A stretch of DNA of 58,169 nt, from positions 1 to 58,169 of the forward strand of contig BTUM01000051.1 of NCBI GenBank assembly GCA_045863235.1. The letters are read 5' to 3'. Shown one piece after another: positions 50,901 to 58,169 of the stretch. This DNA comes from Candidatus Xenobia bacterium. GTDB taxonomy: Bacteria > Vulcanimicrobiota > Xenobia > Xenobiales > QWHO01. The notes under the pieces are model-generated. The model searched no databases and was not told the DNA's origin. It saw only the letters and a list, made by a program, of their open reading frames with translations. Both the position numbers and the translations under genes were made by a program. Position 1 is the stretch's first letter, and each line of letters begins with the position of its first letter.

Positions 50901-51065
50901 GACAGCGCCGAAGGCTGGATGTACCTCGCCTCGGGCCTGGAAGCTTCGGGCGATCCGAAAGGGGGCGAGCGGGCTCGGGCCCGGGCCCGCGAGTATGATC
51001 CCAGGATGGGACGCCCCGAGGTGCTCTTCGAGCCCCCGGACAAGAACCGGCTGCCCCAACGCTGA
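47976..51065 (+). CDS. Fused MFS-like membrane domain / spermidine synthase-like methyltransferase with C-terminal TPRs
   Basis: SGLSGLVYEVLW, MGATLP, Y..NT.G, VIGLGSG, VELEP, DGR, EPSNPW, TPR tail. Confidence 0.9.
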   Translation: MRPFILALFFCSGLSGLVYEVLWTRRLTLTFGHSVLAASTVVTAYMLGLAAGSLWAGRRVDRSILARGSFLTNYAWLEIGIALWAGASPWLLNGIDQLWFGLAAAGWTSLGLWLAAFLAALTVLTPPTFLMGATLPVLSRALVGESRQLGRSLSWLYGVNTLGACAGAGLAGWFLLPGLGLTTSLLITAGLNLGLGALAWLLGWAWPGQPAPAPTLREEVVADNATALAAPAMALAGLASMALQLGWTRALAQLLGSSVYAFSTTLAVFLAGLGLGGALFSLLPSARQPRSWHLGLMLTLTALAAAGSYLVIGWLPGLALQLNRFVRPDILGTVLPTAGLAALVILPPTLLMGLALPLASALEARRRDALGRGLSAVYSANTAGCIAGAALAGLVAIPFLGVQLTLKLAAVAYLLAALLVWPRAWPALATALAVLALPAWNLALLANGPGVYSDYLARTKGADTLRPPTFYRDGLSSTVTVNVYGPNELALRVNGKVDASLGMPDVQTMLLLGYIPPTYHERLRKVVVIGLGSGFTLRALANLPMLARLDCVELEPAVVEAGRYWAGYNGRVLEDPRLKMHLTDGRTFIQASREKYDMIASEPSNPWIAGVANLYTREFYLTCARKLEPGGLMAQWVQLYGLSQLDLHSILRTFFEVFPHGAVWQTSSGDLLLIGSLTPIKFDLARLERLYAGSPAIRRDLAAIQLYRPGMLLGHYLGEREPFYAAFGAAPRNIDDRPRLEFTAPFGLYNDQTEANLLSLDVARTGRSSLPPGLAPTPQRLIEAAHGQVNLGRMGDIRRLTPLANEPGCSLVAALAAERDEDPTAPRLYEQALQEQPDDPVTLWLATLYLLRKGNASDADRLLARLEKSPPPGLEESVQVVRAQVLHRLGRLDEAESCLLRAIEVKSGYSTAWTWLGRIQAAANKPVEALESFEKALQLNAYDPDARAGKTVALMALKRWPEAVVAAQAMLELQSDSAEGWMYLASGLEASGDPKGGERARARAREYDPRMGRPEVLFEPPDKNRLPQR

Positions 51066-51102
51066 AAGGGTTCCGTCCGCCTGCCCTGGAAAGGCCGGCC
51101 CC

Positions 51103-52551
51103 ATGCCCATGATGAAACTGCGCGAAGAGCTTGGCCTGACGTTCGACGACGTGCTGATCGTGCCCCGGCACTCCCCCATCTCCAGCCGTTACGGGGTGGA
51201 TACCGGCACCCAGCTGACCCCCCGCATCCGCTGCCAGATCCCCATCCTGTCGGCCAACATGGATACCGTCACCGAGGCCCAGATGGCCGTGGCCATCGCC
51301 CGGGACGGGGGGCTGGGGATCATCCACCGCTTCCTGAGCCCCGAGCGGCAGGCGGCCGAGGTCACCCGGGTCAAACGCGCTGAGAGCTTTGTGGTGGAAG
51401 ATCCGGTCACGCTGCCCTCGGACGCCCCTCTGACCCGGGCCCGCGAGGCCCTGCGCGAGGTGGGCGGGGTGATGGTGGTGGACGGGGACGGCAAGCTCTG
51501 CGGCATCCTGACCCGTCGCGACCTGGTGCTTTACGAGTCAGAAAACGGGCTGGTACAAGAGCTGATGACTCCCCGCGAGCGGCTGATCACCGGCCCGCGC
51601 GGCATCGGGCAAGACGAGGCCCGCGAGCTCTTGCACCGCCACCGCATCGAGAAGTTGCCCCTGGTGGATGACGATGGGCGTCCGGCCGGGCTGATCACCT
51701 CGCAAGACATCATCAAGCTGCAGCGGCACCCCCACGCCACCAAGGACGAGCGAGGCAGACTTCGGGTTGGGGCGGCGGTGGGCGTGCGCGCCTCCGATGT
51801 GGAGAGGGCCGAGCGCCTGCTGTCTGCTGGCGCCGATCTCCTGGTGGTGGATGTGGCCCACGGCCACTCCGACCTTTGTATCGAAATGGTCAAGCGCCTC
51901 AAGCAGAACTTCCCCGACTGCGAAGTGATGGCCGGCAACGTGGCCACCCCCCAGGGGGTGCGGGACCTGGCCGAGGCGGGCGCCTCCTCCATCAAGGTGG
52001 GAGTGGGCTCGGGCTCGATCTGCATCACCCGGGTGGTGACCGGGGCCGGGGTACCCCAGTTGACCGCCGTGCTCGAGTGCGGGCTGGCGGCCCGCGAGGT
52101 GGGCGTCACTTTGATCTCCGATGGCGGAATCCGCAATTCGGGCGACATCACCAAGGCCCTGGCCGCGGGCGGGCACGCGGTGATGGTGGGCAGCCTGCTG
52201 GCCGGCACCACCCAGAGCCCGGGCGCGAGCGTGGTGCGCGACGGGAGACGCTTCAAGGTGGTGCGCGGCATGGCGTCGCTGACGGCCAACATCGACCGGC
52301 TGGAGGTCGAATCCCGCCGCGAAGTGGACCCGGAAGACTGGGAGCGGGTGGTGCCCGAAGGGGTGGAGGCGGTGGTGCCCTACCGGGGCGACGTGCACGA
52401 CATCCTGCACCAGCTGATCGGTGGGCTGCGCTCGGGCATGACTTACGTGGGTGCCCACAGCCTCGAGGAGCTTTACGACAAGGCCGAGTTCGTGCGCATG
52501 ACGGGAGCCGGCATGGCCGAGAGCGGCGCCCACGATGTTACGAAACTCTGA
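51103..52551 (+). CDS. guaB: IMP dehydrogenase
   Basis: LTFDDVL, SANMDTVTE, CBS pair, GVGSGSICITR, DGGI, VPEGVE. Confidence 0.93.
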   Translation: MPMMKLREELGLTFDDVLIVPRHSPISSRYGVDTGTQLTPRIRCQIPILSANMDTVTEAQMAVAIARDGGLGIIHRFLSPERQAAEVTRVKRAESFVVEDPVTLPSDAPLTRAREALREVGGVMVVDGDGKLCGILTRRDLVLYESENGLVQELMTPRERLITGPRGIGQDEARELLHRHRIEKLPLVDDDGRPAGLITSQDIIKLQRHPHATKDERGRLRVGAAVGVRASDVERAERLLSAGADLLVVDVAHGHSDLCIEMVKRLKQNFPDCEVMAGNVATPQGVRDLAEAGASSIKVGVGSGSICITRVVTGAGVPQLTAVLECGLAAREVGVTLISDGGIRNSGDITKALAAGGHAVMVGSLLAGTTQSPGASVVRDGRRFKVVRGMASLTANIDRLEVESRREVDPEDWERVVPEGVEAVVPYRGDVHDILHQLIGGLRSGMTYVGAHSLEELYDKAEFVRMTGAGMAESGAHDVTKL

Positions 52552-52569
52552 AGTCCAGCCTGAGAAGGC

Positions 52570-53469
52570 TCAGGGTGTTCCCTCCACCAGCGAGCCGAGT
52601 CCCAGGAAGGGATCGTCCAGGGGGATCTTGAGCAAGCCCTGGAAGAGCGGCTGACGGCAGTCGTCGGGACGGACCCCCTCCAACTCGGACAAGAGCAGAT
52701 GCACGCCGGGGCGCAGCCGGTTCCGGCTGTAGCTCGAGTCGAGCGCAACCGGGTCGCGCCCGGCGAGCTTGCGGCGCACTTGCTCCACCGACTCGGGTCG
52801 AGCGCTGGCGTCCACCAGACGGGCGGTATACTCCTGGAACCGTGACGGTCCGACCGGAGCCACCTCGGGCCCGGGGCCGGCCTCGAGCGCTTTGAGCACA
52901 GGGCTCTCCACCGCCCCCTTGGCCACGATCACCTCCAGGGGCGCCTGGGAGATCCGGGTGGGAGCCTGGGCGGCGTGCCATTCCCGGATGGCTCGGGCTC
53001 GTCCCTCGGGCGGAGTCCTGTCGAGTCGGGCCAGCAAACCCTCGATACGGTCGAGCTCGGCCAGAAAGTCGGCCGGCGTATAGATGCCCGGCAGGGCGTC
53101 CACCACCGTTCCGTCGCTCAAGCAGACGTACATCACCGTGTTGCCTTTCAGGGTGCGGGTGATCGTGCGGCCTCCCAGGTCGATGGTGACCCGGGGAACA
53201 TCGCGCACCGACTCCCAGGCGCAGACGTAGCGGCGGAGGCGTTCACGAACCCGGTTGTCTGAGAGCAGCACGGCCCTCAGTGTGCGCGCGTTGGTTCAAC
53301 ACCAGCGCTCGTCGAGCCGTCCGAACATGCTCAAGAGCAAGATGGGACGGTCCACCCGTTGGGCCCGATCCTGAGCCAGGGAGAGCGACTCCAGCCACTC
53401 GCCCCCGGCCTGACAGGGAGAGAACAAGACCAGCCCGGCAGCAATCATCAGAAAGAGGCGTCTGAGCAT
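52570..53469 (-). CDS. Putative selenoprotein, SelN-like thioredoxin fold, 299 aa with Sec at codon 58
   Basis: GAGGGG RBS, ATG 53469 and signal peptide; one in-frame TGA (53296-53298) in LLSMFGRLDERWC*TNARTLR, in frame with track ORF 52570..53271. Confidence 0.8.
53259..53280 (-). promoter_or_regulatory. Candidate bacterial SECIS hairpin
   Basis: CTGAGGGC-CGTGCT-GCTCTCAG: 8-bp stem (one G-U) starting 16 nt after the UGA, with GU at loop positions 2-3. Confidence 0.6.
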
Positions 53470-53610
53470 ATCCCTCTGGTCGCGCCCGGGGGGGAATTCT
53501 TCCCGAGGCGGGGCGCCCGAGACCGGATCCCTTGTGGACGACGGATCCGGTGCTCGGTGCCACGCAGGCCCTAATCTATTTCAGAGCCAGGCGCGAATCT
53601 GTGATCCAGG

Positions 53611-54804
53611 TTACTGCTTACGGGGGACGCGCACGCCCCCGACCAGCACGTAGTCGGCCAGCTGGGCTACCTGGTTGGCGCCGCCACCGTTCTTGAGCTG
53701 GTCAGCCAGGTAGCCAAGGTCGGTATTGTGGGCGTTCTGCATCCAGAGGGTGAGGCTGTAGTCCATCAGGCTGATGGCCAGCTGCTTGCCGTCGGGCGAA
53801 ACGGTGATCTGGCGGATCCCCTCGGCGCTGGCCATGCCCGGGGTATGGGGCAGCTCCTGGCGGCGGACCTCCCCGGTGGCCAGGTTCCAGTCGTGCACCG
53901 CGTTCTGGATGGCCTCGCCGACGAGCAGGTGGCTGCCGTCCGGAGTGAAGGCCAGGCTGCGCGCCCCGCGGATGGCCCGGCCGTGGATCTCGCGGCCGGT
54001 CTCCACGTCGAAGACCTTCACCTGCTTCTCAAAAACCGCGGCCACCCTCGTGCCATCAGGCGAGAGGGCCATGCCCCCCACGCCCTCCTTGCGGGTATCC
54101 TCCAGCTTGTGGATCAGCCGCTGCTGCTCGACATCCCAGATGGCCACCCCGCCGCGATAACGGGTCACGATTCTCGAGCCGTCGGGCGTGAAGGCGATGT
54201 CGGTCACCCAGTCGGGGTGTTGCAAGCAGCCGGTCCGCTCGCGGCCTTCGGCATCCCAGAGAAGCAGCCGCCCGTCCATCGCTCCGGTGGCCAGGGTGCG
54301 GCTGTCGGGCGAGAAGGCCACGCTGCGCACGTCGTCGTTGTCGAGCAGAATGCCAAGAGCGTTGGGCTTTGCCTGGGGACAGTGGGTCTGGTGCGTGATC
54401 TCAACGCCCCGACTCGAGAAGACGGAGAACTTGCCGTCCTCCCACCCCACCGCGACCAGCTCTCCATCAGGTGAGGCGGCTACCGGACCGATGCGCACGT
54501 TCTTATGCTGCACCTGGAAGCTCTGGGGCTCACCCCCCTGCGGGTCCCAGAGGCGGAGCTTGCTGGGAGTGCCGACCAGGCTGGGGGACTCGGTGCTGAT
54601 CAACTTACCGCCCTGCGTCCAGCAGAAACCCTCGATGGGATGGGTGTGCTTGATCGCGGGGGTATCCCTGGGCTGGTGGAGCGTGACCGACTTCAGGCGC
54701 AGATCGACCCGCTCGGCAGGGCCGCCCGGCTCCGCAGTCTCGCGCTCGGGGCGCGAAACCGACGAAACGGGTAGGGCGAACAGGGTCAGCGGCTGAATCC
54801 TCAT
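53611..54804 (-). CDS. WD40 repeat protein with N-terminal leader and DYVLVGG C-terminal motif
   Basis: VRSVAFSPDSRTLATGAMDGRLLLWD, VTDIAFTPDG, further WD40 repeats. Confidence 0.88.
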   Translation of the reverse strand: MRIQPLTLFALPVSSVSRPERETAEPGGPAERVDLRLKSVTLHQPRDTPAIKHTHPIEGFCWTQGGKLISTESPSLVGTPSKLRLWDPQGGEPQSFQVQHKNVRIGPVAASPDGELVAVGWEDGKFSVFSSRGVEITHQTHCPQAKPNALGILLDNDDVRSVAFSPDSRTLATGAMDGRLLLWDAEGRERTGCLQHPDWVTDIAFTPDGSRIVTRYRGGVAIWDVEQQRLIHKLEDTRKEGVGGMALSPDGTRVAAVFEKQVKVFDVETGREIHGRAIRGARSLAFTPDGSHLLVGEAIQNAVHDWNLATGEVRRQELPHTPGMASAEGIRQITVSPDGKQLAISLMDYSLTLWMQNAHNTDLGYLADQLKNGGGANQVAQLADYVLVGGVRVPRKQ

Positions 54805-54811
54805 GGCCCTA

Positions 54812-54833
54812 AGCCTACCGACCGGGTCTGAAA
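54812..54833 (-). promoter_or_regulatory. Recurrent promoter box, proximal half only: TTTCAG-N10-TAGGCT, 7 nt before ATG 54804
   Basis: Read directly; distal half-site degenerate (GGTAAG). Confidence 0.65.
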
Positions 54834-54839
54834 AAAGGC

Positions 54840-56697
54840 TTACCGGAGAGCCCGGGAGGCCTGTTGTAGGAGAGAAATACTATCCTGGCGCGAGTCGGCT
54901 GAGAGCTCCCAGAACATGACCCCGCCCAGCCCTTTGGAGCGAGAGTAGTCCAGCTTGCTGGCCAGCGAAGTCGTGTCCTCAAAGGTGATGAACACCCCCG
55001 AGGGGGTCAGGATGTAGGGAACGCGCGCCTGGTCGTCGGTGAAGCGCCGGTAGGTGGAGGGCTGGGCCGCCAGGCGCTGGAGAATGTCGCGATAGTCGAG
55101 CATGCCGGGCTCCCAGGTCCGGACCCACACCGCTGGCCGCCGAGCCGACTCCGGTGGCCCCGGCCCAGGAGCGGCCGTAGACCGGCACCCCCAGCAGGAT
55201 CTTGCCCGGAGGCACACCGGCGGAGAGGTAGCCGCTCACGGTGGCGTCCACCGACAGGCCGTCGGAAGCGTAGAGGGGTGCGTTGTGGCCGGTGCGGTGG
55301 GGCTCCCAGCCGCCGTGGTAGTCGTAGGTCATCAAATTGATGAAGTCGAGCTGGCTGGCCACCCCGGGCAGGTCGACGTGGGTGGGGACGGCGGCCAGGG
55401 CCGCCGAGAGCAGCTTGCCTTCGGCCTGAAGCTGGCGTCGCAGCTCAGTCAAGAGCAAGGTGAAGTTCTCACGGTCGGTCGGGCCGGGATACTCCCAGTC
55501 CACGTCCAGGCCGTCCAATCCGTTGTCGCGGCAGAAGCGCACCGCCGAGGCGGCAAACCTCTGTCTGGCCGCAGCCGTGCGGGCCACCTCCGGGAAACGA
55601 GCCGAGAGGGTGTAACCGCCCACCGCCACCATGACCTTCAGGTGGGGATGCTGGACTTTGAGCTGCCTCAGGCGTGGAAGGTTGAGGGCGGCAGCGGAGC
55701 TGTCGAACAGAGCCAGCTCGCCTTGTGGCGAGATGTCCACGAAGGCGTAGATCAGGGCGTCGAGCTGGTCGGCCGGAACGTCGGTCACCTGGTAGTTGCG
55801 GTCGTAGATGCCCCACTCGGGGAAGTAGGCGGCCACCCGCACGGGGTTCGAGCTGGCGGGCGGCGGTGAGGGGGTTGCTGTCGGGGTGGAGCCGTTGACC
55901 AGAGCGAGCGAGCGGCTTCCAGGGCTTGCCGTGAAGCCGATTTCCACCGAGCCCCCGGGAGCGATGGTGGCGTTCCAGCTCTCCGGGCCCACCCGGTAGA
56001 GGTCGCCGGTCCGCTCCAGAATGCGCCCGTTCCAGAGGGAGTCGACACGGGCGTTCAGACGAAACGACACCGTCCAGTTGGAAACCGGCGCGCCTGTGTT
56101 GTTGCGCACCAGGATGGCGGCCTGCATGCCGCTGCCCCAGTCGTTGACGACCTGGCTGGTGAGGGTCAGGCCGCCCGGCGTGGGCGTCGGGGTCGGGGTG
56201 GGAGTGGCAGTCGCGGTTGTCGTCGGAGTGGGAGTGGGCGTGGGCGTGGGCGTTGAGGTGGAGGAGCCCGCCCCGGTCAGGCTGATGTTACCGGGCAGCG
56301 CGCTCACGTTGCCAGGCGAGCCGTTGAAGCCGAAGCTCAGGCTGCCCCCGGCCGGAATGCTTCCATTCCAGGACTCCGGCCGGATGCGGTAACGAAGGCC
56401 ATTGCGCGACTCGACGCGGGCGTTCCAGATGACCTCGATGGCCGGAGCGAAGTCCCACTCCAGCACCCAGTCGTTGAGAGGCGTCGTGGAGCGGTTGTGA
56501 AGGGTGACCGAGGCGCCGAAACCGGTGCCCCAGTCTCCGGTTATGGTCACCTCGACGTCAGCGGAGGCTCTGGCCTGGTCGTCGGGAACAGTGGCGGGGA
56601 GGGCGCTCTGGGCATTCTGGGTCGGGCCGCCGCAGGCCATCAGCAGCAAGACCAGCAAAATCGCGAGAGCCTGTGGGCTTCTTCGCAGGATACGCAT
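54840..56697 (-). pseudogene. GH18 chitinase lipoprotein with two CBM2 domains, frameshifted near 55120
   Basis: Lipobox LMAC; two CBM2 (DWG.G...W...F...WN); PT linker; DGLDVDWEYP; C-terminal part (TWEPGMLDY...GLGGVMFWELS) is in another frame. Confidence 0.85.
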
Positions 56698-56734
56698 GCT
56701 CAAAAGACCGGACGCGAGGCTCAGAAGGTTCCTC

Positions 56735-57706
56735 TCAGGACCAGGACTGATAGCCGGCCCGCGCTCCGGCGGCGCCGCCAACCACCATGGCCCCCACGAA
56801 CTCGCGGTGCTTGTTGGCAACCGGATCGCCCAGGTCCTGACCGGCTTGGTTCAACTTCTCCACGCTGGCTTCCACCCGCTCGTGGGCAGATTTGGCACCC
56901 TTGAGCGAGGCCAGCAGGGCCACTCCAGCTCCCACGGCCGCCGCCGGAGCGCCCAGGACCAGTGCTCCCAAGCAGGCCGCCACGGCCACCGAGCTCGCGC
57001 CCAGCAACCAGGGCGAGGCCAGTTTGCCCTGGCCCAGAGCCATGCTCAGGCCATCCACCACTGCCCCCGGCACCAGCAAAGCGCCGGTGGCTCCCCCGGC
57101 CAGGCGTGCTCCCCACCCCTGAGGGTTCTCGCCCTCCTTGAGGACGGCCGGCAACATCTGGCCTCCTTCCCACAAACCGGCGGCATCGCCGCGCCCCTCC
57201 GAGTAGCCCACCGCGATGCCGTCCACCACGGCTGTCCTGACTCCGTGGCCGGCTCCCTGGAAGGCCCGCTCCAACAGGCTGCCCTCCGGCTTGTGAGCGG
57301 CCAGATCCTGAGCCAGCTTGAGGTTGGTCCCGCCCCGGCTGACGATGTAGGCCCCCAGGCCGCCCAGCACGCCCTTGGTAAGGAAGGTCTGCAGCATGTT
57401 GCCCTGGGTGCCCAGGGCCAGCGTCAGGCCCACCGCCACCTGCACGCCCGAGGCGATATCGAGCAGGCGCGCGAGCCTCTTCTCGTCCATCCCCCCGCTG
57501 ACCCCGTGAGCCACGCCGGCCACCAGGCAGGGCAAGAACGAGGCCGGAACTTTGGTGAAGGCCTGCACGGTGCCGCACACCTTCTCCAGGGCCACCCGGG
57601 CGAAGGGCGGCTGGTCAGGCTCGGGGGCGGGCCCGTCCCCTGCCGGCAGAGCGGCGGCCGAGGCCTGGTGAGGCCGGGTGGCGGGCAGGGAGCTGGAGAG
57701 TATCAT
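56735..57706 (-). CDS. Hypothetical Gly/Ala-rich membrane protein with N-terminal leader
   Basis: Several hydrophobic GxxxG segments; codon bias. Confidence 0.75.
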   Translation of the reverse strand: MILSSSLPATRPHQASAAALPAGDGPAPEPDQPPFARVALEKVCGTVQAFTKVPASFLPCLVAGVAHGVSGGMDEKRLARLLDIASGVQVAVGLTLALGTQGNMLQTFLTKGVLGGLGAYIVSRGGTNLKLAQDLAAHKPEGSLLERAFQGAGHGVRTAVVDGIAVGYSEGRGDAAGLWEGGQMLPAVLKEGENPQGWGARLAGGATGALLVPGAVVDGLSMALGQGKLASPWLLGASSVAVAACLGALVLGAPAAAVGAGVALLASLKGAKSAHERVEASVEKLNQAGQDLGDPVANKHREFVGAMVVGGAAGARAGYQSWS

Positions 57707-57714
57707 TCGATCGC

Positions 57715-57747
57715 AGAGTAACCGGGCTGTCTGAAAGGAACTGGAAA
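57715..57747 (-). promoter_or_regulatory. Recurrent promoter box TTTCCA-N5-TTTCAG-N10-TACTCT, 8 nt before ATG 57706
   Basis: Read directly. Confidence 0.72.
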
Positions 57748-57843
57748 GGCTTGCAGATTATTCACTCAGCTGCTAGACTGGGAGGGTTCCCGGCCACCTG
57801 CTTCCAGAGGCGAAGCGCATTCGGTCGAGAACGGAGGGTCTAG

Positions 57844-58169
57844 ATGAAAGGAGACCCCAGGATGCAGGAGCTGCTGCAGCTGATCGAGGCGATCGAGCGA
57901 ACTTCGAAACAGAGCCGTCGACGCTGGAAACGTGTAGGTGAGCGGCTGGACGAGTGGATCTCGATCTCAGGGAAGATGCAAGAGGCGCTGGCCTCGATGC
58001 AAGAAGCGCAGGTTGAGACCATAAAGTCGTTGGCCGCTACCCAGGATTCCCTGGCCGCTACCCAGGATTCCCTGGCCGCTACCCAGGAGTCGTTGGCCGC
58101 TACCCAGGAGTCCCTGGCCGCTACCCAGGAGTCCCTGGCCGCTACCCAGGAGTCCCTGGCCGCTACCCA
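57844..58169 (+). CDS. Partial coiled-coil protein with heptad tandem repeats (runs off the window)
   Basis: ATG 57844 or 57862, each with an RBS; open to window end; (SLAATQ[DE])n. Confidence 0.75.
   Translation, partial: MKGDPRMQELLQLIEAIERTSKQSRRRWKRVGERLDEWISISGKMQEALASMQEAQVETIKSLAATQDSLAATQDSLAATQESLAATQESLAATQESLAATQESLAAT
58027..58169 (+). repeat. 21-bp coding tandem repeat, at least 6.8 copies
   Basis: TC[CG][CT]TGGCCGCTACCCAGGA[GT] repeated to the window edge. Confidence 0.95.

Noticed and set aside
53579..53600. Extra TTTCAG-N10-GAATCT on the plus strand
   Set aside because: No TANNNT match, no distal half-site and no gene downstream on that strand
56179..56260. Short GT-rich repeats in the chitinase
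   Set aside because: Ordinary Pro/Thr linker between CBM2 domains
58027..58169. Possible CRISPR or non-coding repeat
   Set aside because: Contiguous 21-mers with no spacers, in frame within a CDS

Overview
High-GC bacterial chromosomal window with about 55 genes and no rRNA, tRNA or CRISPR array seen. The protein style suggests Ca. Eremiobacterota/Vulcanimicrobiota, but that is inference only. Routine content: cysK, a B12 radical SAM gene, an Hcr-like molybdoenzyme operon with a LeuA-family gene, GST, a flavin amine oxidase, a multicopper oxidase with TolC, a LigD ligase domain, TetR/SMR, GlpQ, minor pilins, guaB and a frameshifted GH18 chitinase. A lower-GC island at about 1.2-4.2 kb holds immunity-like genes and toxin, HNH and DUF433 fragments. 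The strongest unexplained signals are four. (1) A promoter with Pho-box geometry (TTTCAR-N5-TTT[C/G/T]AG-N10-TANNNT, usually 6-9 nt before the start codon) recurs 7 times, plus one weak copy. It precedes proteins with non-Sec, Pro/Ser/Ala-rich N-terminal leaders, several with [DE]-[QR]-V-x-L and two with a shared DYVLVGG tail, suggesting an undescribed regulon of non-canonically exported proteins. (2) A signal-peptide-bearing selenoprotein N-like gene has an in-frame UGA in WC-U-TNARTLR and a downstream SECIS-like hairpin; the ORF track truncates it. (3) An ECF-type promoter drives a Cys-rich RAPP arrest-type leader upstream of two secreted, extremely Cys-rich proteins. (4) A 1692-aa membrane protein carries three repeats spaced exactly 199 aa apart.
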